NCBI GenBank assembly: GCA_964430885.1
Contig: CAYSHM010000005.1
Coordinates: 87,068-151,067, forward strand
Reading direction: 5' to 3'
DNA: 64,000 nt
DNA from: an uncultured archaeon
Lineage (GTDB): Archaea; Thermoplasmatota; Penumbrarchaeia; JASLWR01
The number at the start of each line of letters is the position of its first letter. Position 1 is the stretch's first letter. Made by a program: the position numbers and the translations under genes. The notes below the pieces were generated by a model. It saw only the letters and a program-made list of their open reading frames with translations, did no database searches and had not been told where the DNA came from. This document shows positions 59,429 to 64,000 of this stretch, one piece after another.

Positions 59429-59494
59429 CATATTTGAAGAAACAGTTGCAGGTCGAAATCTGTAGTGAAGTTACTATTAGAGCCATCAAATAGA

Positions 59495-60697
59495 CTATCC
59501 GTTCATGAAATGATCTATCCGGGTAAAGGCTTCATCAAGAATATCCTCAGGAGGCAGATAGACAACACGGAAATGGCCCTTTCCGTACTGGGGGCAAAAC
59601 CCAGAGCCATGCACAGTCAGGACATGGCAATTCTCAAGGATATCAAGAACAAACCTTTCATCGTCCTGGAACCGCGGGTCCTCTATCTTCGGGAACATAT
59701 AGAAAGCTCCACCCGGCAGTCTGGTGGAGAGACCATCGATCTCATTTATTCTTTTATAGGCAAAATCCCTTCTTTTTTTAAGTTTGGAATTCAATGATCT
59801 CAAGTATTCAGTATTGTCATTCTCAAAGGCGGCCTGAAGCCCGTACTGGGTCGGCAGGTTGGAGCACAATCTGGCCCTGGCCTGCTTGTTCACGCCATCC
59901 CAGATATCCTCCAAGGCTCCGGTCTCGTCCTTCAGGGCCATATATCCACACCTCCAACCTGGAGCCAGGAACACTTTTGATACCCCATTCAATATGACAG
60001 CCGGTACATCCTTGACCAGAGAACCAAGATTGATGGTTTTATCCTCAAAGGTCATCTTATCATATATCTGATCGCCTATAAGGAACATGTTCTTATGCTC
60101 TCCCACAATATCCACAATCTCTTTCAGGGTCTTCCTGTCGTAGAGAGCACCGGTGGGGTTGTTCGGATTGATGATGGCAAGTGCCTTCGTGTCATCGGTT
60201 ATCTTTTTTCGAATATCGTCAATATCAGGCTGCCAGTTCTCATCCTCAAGTGTTCTGTAGGGCACCGGATCACCATTGAAGAACTTTGTATAGGTGATGT
60301 ATGGCGGATAACTAGGACCAGGTATCAGAAACCGTTCGTTGTTCTCAAAGGTAGAGCCTAAAAGTATCTGAAGGGCTTCTGTTACTCCAGTGGTCACGAT
60401 GATATCTTCAGCATCAATAATGCAGCCCTCTCCCCTTTCTTTAGACACAATAGCCTCTCTTAGAGAAGATGTGCCTACTGAAGGGCCATAGTGGTTCCGG
60501 CCATCCCTAATTGCATCTATTGCTGCTTGTTTTACAAAATCCGGAGTGTCGAAATCATATTTTACAGGGTCCCCAATGTTCAGTTTCAGGATCTCTACAC
60601 CCTTTCGCTCCAATCTGTTGGCATGAACTACCACATCGCGAATAGCATAGCTTATGTTGGATGCTCTATCCGTTACAGGTATCTTGGGGTAAACCAT
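59495..60697 (-). CDS. PLP-dependent class I/II aminotransferase (alanine aminotransferase-like)
   Basis: ISYAIRD, LKLNIGDP, INPNNPTG, DQIYD, NGVSKVFLAPGWRCG, HFRVVYLP. Confidence 0.9.
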   Translation of the reverse strand: MVYPKIPVTDRASNISYAIRDVVVHANRLERKGVEILKLNIGDPVKYDFDTPDFVKQAAIDAIRDGRNHYGPSVGTSSLREAIVSKERGEGCIIDAEDIIVTTGVTEALQILLGSTFENNERFLIPGPSYPPYITYTKFFNGDPVPYRTLEDENWQPDIDDIRKKITDDTKALAIINPNNPTGALYDRKTLKEIVDIVGEHKNMFLIGDQIYDKMTFEDKTINLGSLVKDVPAVILNGVSKVFLAPGWRCGYMALKDETGALEDIWDGVNKQARARLCSNLPTQYGLQAAFENDNTEYLRSLNSKLKKRRDFAYKRINEIDGLSTRLPGGAFYMFPKIEDPRFQDDERFVLDILENCHVLTVHGSGFCPQYGKGHFRVVYLPPEDILDEAFTRIDHFMNG

Positions 60698-60928
60698 GAT
60701 CCATACACACTCCGATTAACTGTAAAAATCTAAGTCCAGGTACGTCATTAGAATCTTCCTATCAAAATCAAACCTTAATACTTAAACTTTTTTTATCCGT
60801 TCACCATTGTCATAACCCATTTAAAATAAAAACCCCTTCTTAATTGAGAGCAGATAACAAAAACATACCTATTATGACTACTCGTCATAGGGAATCTGGG
60901 TGAAAATAAAACTAATTGAGGTCGACAA

Positions 60929-61438
60929 GTGACTGAAGAACCATATATCATACGAATTTTTGAACCCTTAGATATGGAGGGAGTACTGAAGATCGAAGAA
61001 GAATGTTTCCCAAAAAGTCCATACCCGGAAGAATTATTCAGAAGTATCCACCTGTCAAGCGATCATAAAATCCTGGTACTTGAAAAGGAAGGGGAAATTA
61101 TCGGAGACTTATGCTTTGACATCAACGGTCACCTGCTTACTGTCGCGGTTAAGAAAAAATATAGAAATCTGGGACTGGGCAGCAGATTACTCCATAGAGC
61201 AATGGATTCAATTGCCAGTAATCTGATTTTCCTTGAAGTAAGGGAATCAAATATTGCTGCAAAGGCCTATTATAGAAAGAATGGAGGAAAACGTATAGAT
61301 ACTATTAAGAATTATTATCGGGAATCTTATGGTAGTAAGGGGAATACCATTTTTGAGGATGCTGAGGTATGGATTATCACCTCGGATTCTAAGCTGGAAA
61401 AAGGAAAAACAATAGAGAAAAAACAGAAACACTGCTGA
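60929..61438 (+). CDS. RimI/Ard1-like GNAT N-acetyltransferase
   Basis: IEEECFP, VAVKKKYRNLGLGSRLL, LEVRESN..A..YY, IKNYY. Confidence 0.85.
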   Translation: MTEEPYIIRIFEPLDMEGVLKIEEECFPKSPYPEELFRSIHLSSDHKILVLEKEGEIIGDLCFDINGHLLTVAVKKKYRNLGLGSRLLHRAMDSIASNLIFLEVRESNIAAKAYYRKNGGKRIDTIKNYYRESYGSKGNTIFEDAEVWIITSDSKLEKGKTIEKKQKHC

Positions 61439-61464
61439 TCGATGCATAATACTGGTGAAATAAA

Positions 61465-62502
61465 ATGCGAGAATCTATTGAAGAAATAATGGATAAAGTA
61501 AAGGAGAGGAAAAAGGGACGGAGAAAACGCGTACCCAATCCTCAAAAACCAATATCGATCTGGTCCGAAAATGATATTATTGATAATGAAAAAACTAAGG
61601 CCCTGGTAGTAATTTTAAATACAACTGGGTGTTCCTGGGCAAAAGAAAGTGGTTGTACCATGTGCGGGTATCATAATGATACCAATCCCCATATCAAAAA
61701 GGAAGATCTCTATAAGCAATTATCCAGGGTCGAAAAACGGTATCAAAATGAGAAATACCTCAAGATATTCACATCTGGATCCTACCTAAATTCCCTAGAA
61801 CTTCCAATGGATTTTGCTAAAGGTGTGCTTGAATTATTCAGCGGAAAATGCAGGAGGATCTGCGTTGAGAGCAGGATCGAGTATATCACGGATGAATGGT
61901 TGGAATGGCTCAGTGAACTTCCCTGTCAAATCGAGATTGCTGTTGGTTTGGAATCCTCGAACGAAATGGTCAGGAACGGAATAATCAACAAGAATATCTC
62001 ATTTGAAGAATACAGGAAAAAATGCATGAACTTGAAAGATAATAACATCCTGATTAAAACCTATCTTCTATTAAAACCGCCTTTCCTAACGGAGAAACAG
62101 GGAATAGAGGACTGCACCAGATCCATAGAGGATATCATTGAACTGACCCACACAATTTCGATAAACCCGGTCAATGTACAGAACTTCACATTGGTAGATC
62201 ATCTTCATTTTAGAGAGGAATACCGACCACCCTGGATCCATTCACTGGCAGAAGTGTTCAAGCGATCCTGGGATCTAGCTGAGAGAAAAGGGGTAAGATT
62301 GATGTCATCACCATCCGGCGGTGGAAGCAGAAGAGGAGTTCATAACTGCGGGGTCTGTGATAAGGAATATCTGAAGTTAATTGAAGGAATTTCAATGAAA
62401 ACTGCCTCCATAGAAGATCTCAATACCATTTTCTGCACCTGCTATAATCAATGGATTGGCCATTTATACTCTCAGGAGCCATTAATAGACCTGGAAAATT
62501 GA
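61465..62502 (+). CDS. raSEA: Archaeosine biosynthesis radical SAM enzyme RaSEA (TIGR01210-type)
   Basis: ILNTTGCSWAKESGCTMCGY, KIFTSGS, ESR, AVGLES, KTYLLLKPPFLTE, YRPPW, RGVHNCG.C. Confidence 0.88.
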   Translation: MRESIEEIMDKVKERKKGRRKRVPNPQKPISIWSENDIIDNEKTKALVVILNTTGCSWAKESGCTMCGYHNDTNPHIKKEDLYKQLSRVEKRYQNEKYLKIFTSGSYLNSLELPMDFAKGVLELFSGKCRRICVESRIEYITDEWLEWLSELPCQIEIAVGLESSNEMVRNGIINKNISFEEYRKKCMNLKDNNILIKTYLLLKPPFLTEKQGIEDCTRSIEDIIELTHTISINPVNVQNFTLVDHLHFREEYRPPWIHSLAEVFKRSWDLAERKGVRLMSSPSGGGSRRGVHNCGVCDKEYLKLIEGISMKTASIEDLNTIFCTCYNQWIGHLYSQEPLIDLEN

Positions 62503-62580
62503 ATAATATTTATCCAATGGTTTTATTAATAAAATCCAACTTTAAACCTTGAAAACCGTTTCAACTTTCTTAGGATTTCA

Positions 62581-63861
62581 ATGACCTGTTATCCGCACTC
62601 GATAAACAATAAAGGGGTGACCTACATGGAATATGAATATTTATCACTAGATGATCTAGATACAAAAGGGAAGACAGTCATTCTTCGAATTGATATAAAT
62701 TCAACTATTGACCTTGACAATCAAGAGATCAGAGGACGGGAACGATACCGACAGATAGTTCCTACAATAAATGAATTGGATAACTGTAAATTGGTCCTGC
62801 TGGCACATCAATCCAGACCAGGTAATGAAGACTGCACAAAGCTCGGCCTTCACAGAAAGGTTCTTCAGGAAGTTTTGGGTAGAGAGGTAAAATATGCTGA
62901 AGACCTGATCGGTTCGGAAGCGCGCCGAGCTGTTAAAGAACTCAATGATGGGGAAATACTATTATTGGAAAATACTAGACTTTATGCAGAGGAAACCGCA
63001 TTAAAAAATCAGCCTCCAGAAATTGCCAGGAATTCCTATATTGTTCAAAATTTAGCCCCATTAGCGGACATCTTCGTTATTGATTCCTTTGCTGCAGCAC
63101 ATCGGGCCCAACCCTCCCTGGTTGGATTCATGGATATTTTACCATCCGCGGCTGGAAGACTTATGGAAAGGGAAATTTCAGCCCTCAATAAGACTTTCTC
63201 CCAGGATAGAAGGCCGGTAGCAGTTATTTTGGGCGGTGCCAAGATAGAGGAATCTATTGCAGTGGCCAATAATCTATTGACATCCGAAAAAGCTGATAAA
63301 ATATTGGTGACTGGACTTGTAGGACATGTATTCTTCTTGGCTAATGGAATCAAATTAGGTTCCGTAAATATGAAAGTGCTCAACAAAAAGGTAAAGGATC
63401 TGGACAAATATGTGGACCTGGCCAGAGATCTCATTTACAAACATCCTTACAATATCTTCATGCCTGACATCGTAGCTGTGGACAATAAGGGGTCACGGGA
63501 AGAGGTGTACATAGACATGCTCCCCACTGAACATATGATCAAAGATATAGGTGAGGGTGCTGCGGACCTGTTCATTGATGAGATAATGAACTGCTCCACT
63601 GTGATATTGAACGGCCCGGCAGGTGTTTTTGAAGAAGAGCAATTTGCCTTTGGGACCGAAAAAATATTCAGAGCGGCATGTGATGAAAAACTCTACAGTG
63701 TTGCCGGAGGGGGAGAAACCACCACTGCACTCGATAAGTTCAGCTTGAAAGAGAAGATCAACCACGTATCTACTGGCGGTGGTGCTACCATGACATTTCT
63801 GGCGGGCAGAGAAATGCCGGTTTTGAAATATCTATCTCTATCGAAAGAAAAATTCTCGTGA
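62581..63861 (+). CDS. pgk: Phosphoglycerate kinase (likely start ATG 62626)
   Basis: RIDINS, AHQSRPG, LLENTR, FAAAHRAQPSLVGF, LGGAK, NGPAGVFE, HVSTGGGA. Confidence 0.95.
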   Translation: MTCYPHSINNKGVTYMEYEYLSLDDLDTKGKTVILRIDINSTIDLDNQEIRGRERYRQIVPTINELDNCKLVLLAHQSRPGNEDCTKLGLHRKVLQEVLGREVKYAEDLIGSEARRAVKELNDGEILLLENTRLYAEETALKNQPPEIARNSYIVQNLAPLADIFVIDSFAAAHRAQPSLVGFMDILPSAAGRLMEREISALNKTFSQDRRPVAVILGGAKIEESIAVANNLLTSEKADKILVTGLVGHVFFLANGIKLGSVNMKVLNKKVKDLDKYVDLARDLIYKHPYNIFMPDIVAVDNKGSREEVYIDMLPTEHMIKDIGEGAADLFIDEIMNCSTVILNGPAGVFEEEQFAFGTEKIFRAACDEKLYSVAGGGETTTALDKFSLKEKINHVSTGGGATMTFLAGREMPVLKYLSLSKEKFS

Positions 63862-63877
63862 TGAATCACGAACTGAA

Positions 63878-63913
63878 TAAAAAAAAATTCCCGCTCCCAA
63901 TTTCAGGAGCGGG
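63878..63913 (-). terminator. Hairpin plus U-tract terminator between convergent genes
   Basis: cccgctcc (63890-63897) pairs with ggagcggg (63906-63913). An A-run just to the left gives poly-U on the minus strand. Confidence 0.7.
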
Positions 63914-63944
63914 CTCAAACCATTTTATTTTTATAGTCGTCTAT

Positions 63945-64000
63945 TTACTGCTCGATCTGAACCTCGAAGAGCTCGTTGTCCTTGGTCTTCAGAGCGAAGT
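63945..64000 (-). CDS. 3' end of an unidentified gene entering from the right edge (..FALKTKDNELFEVQIEQ*)
   Basis: Open frame ending in TAA at 63945-63947, with mostly C/G-ending codons, followed by the terminator hairpin. Confidence 0.5.
   Translation of the reverse strand, partial: FALKTKDNELFEVQIEQ

Noticed and set aside
63856-63876. TGATGA...CTGA after pgk as a box C/D sRNA
   Set aside because: The boxes are only about 8 nt apart and overlap the stop codon, too short for a guide RNA. A small palindrome explains it.

Overview
Chromosomal segment of an archaeon, most likely Thermoplasmatota. The host call is an inference from RaSEA, KEOPS Pcc1, DUF531, a PGF-CTERM surface protein, a DRG GTPase, archaeal-type PGK and GGTGA-type ribosome-binding sites. 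The standout is a 9.1-kb stand-alone type I PKS/FAS-like megasynthase (21797-30940) with the order ACP-KS-AT-KS-ACP-ACP-ACP-KR-DH. Both of its KS domains keep a Cys-His-His triad, and all four ACPs carry Thr (GIDT) where the phosphopantetheinylated Ser normally sits. The window has no recognisable PPTase, enoyl reductase or thioesterase. It also holds a remodelled lactate-permease-family gene, a 2314-aa helical-repeat protein, several large surface proteins, a queuosine-salvage (QNG1/DUF2419) homolog, grpE-dnaJ without dnaK, an AT-rich glycan-modification cluster (GT4, O-acetyltransferase, sulfotransferase, deacetylase, flippase) and housekeeping genes. I found no tRNA, rRNA, CRISPR array or intact mobile element. 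All calls come from reading motifs by eye; no searches were run.
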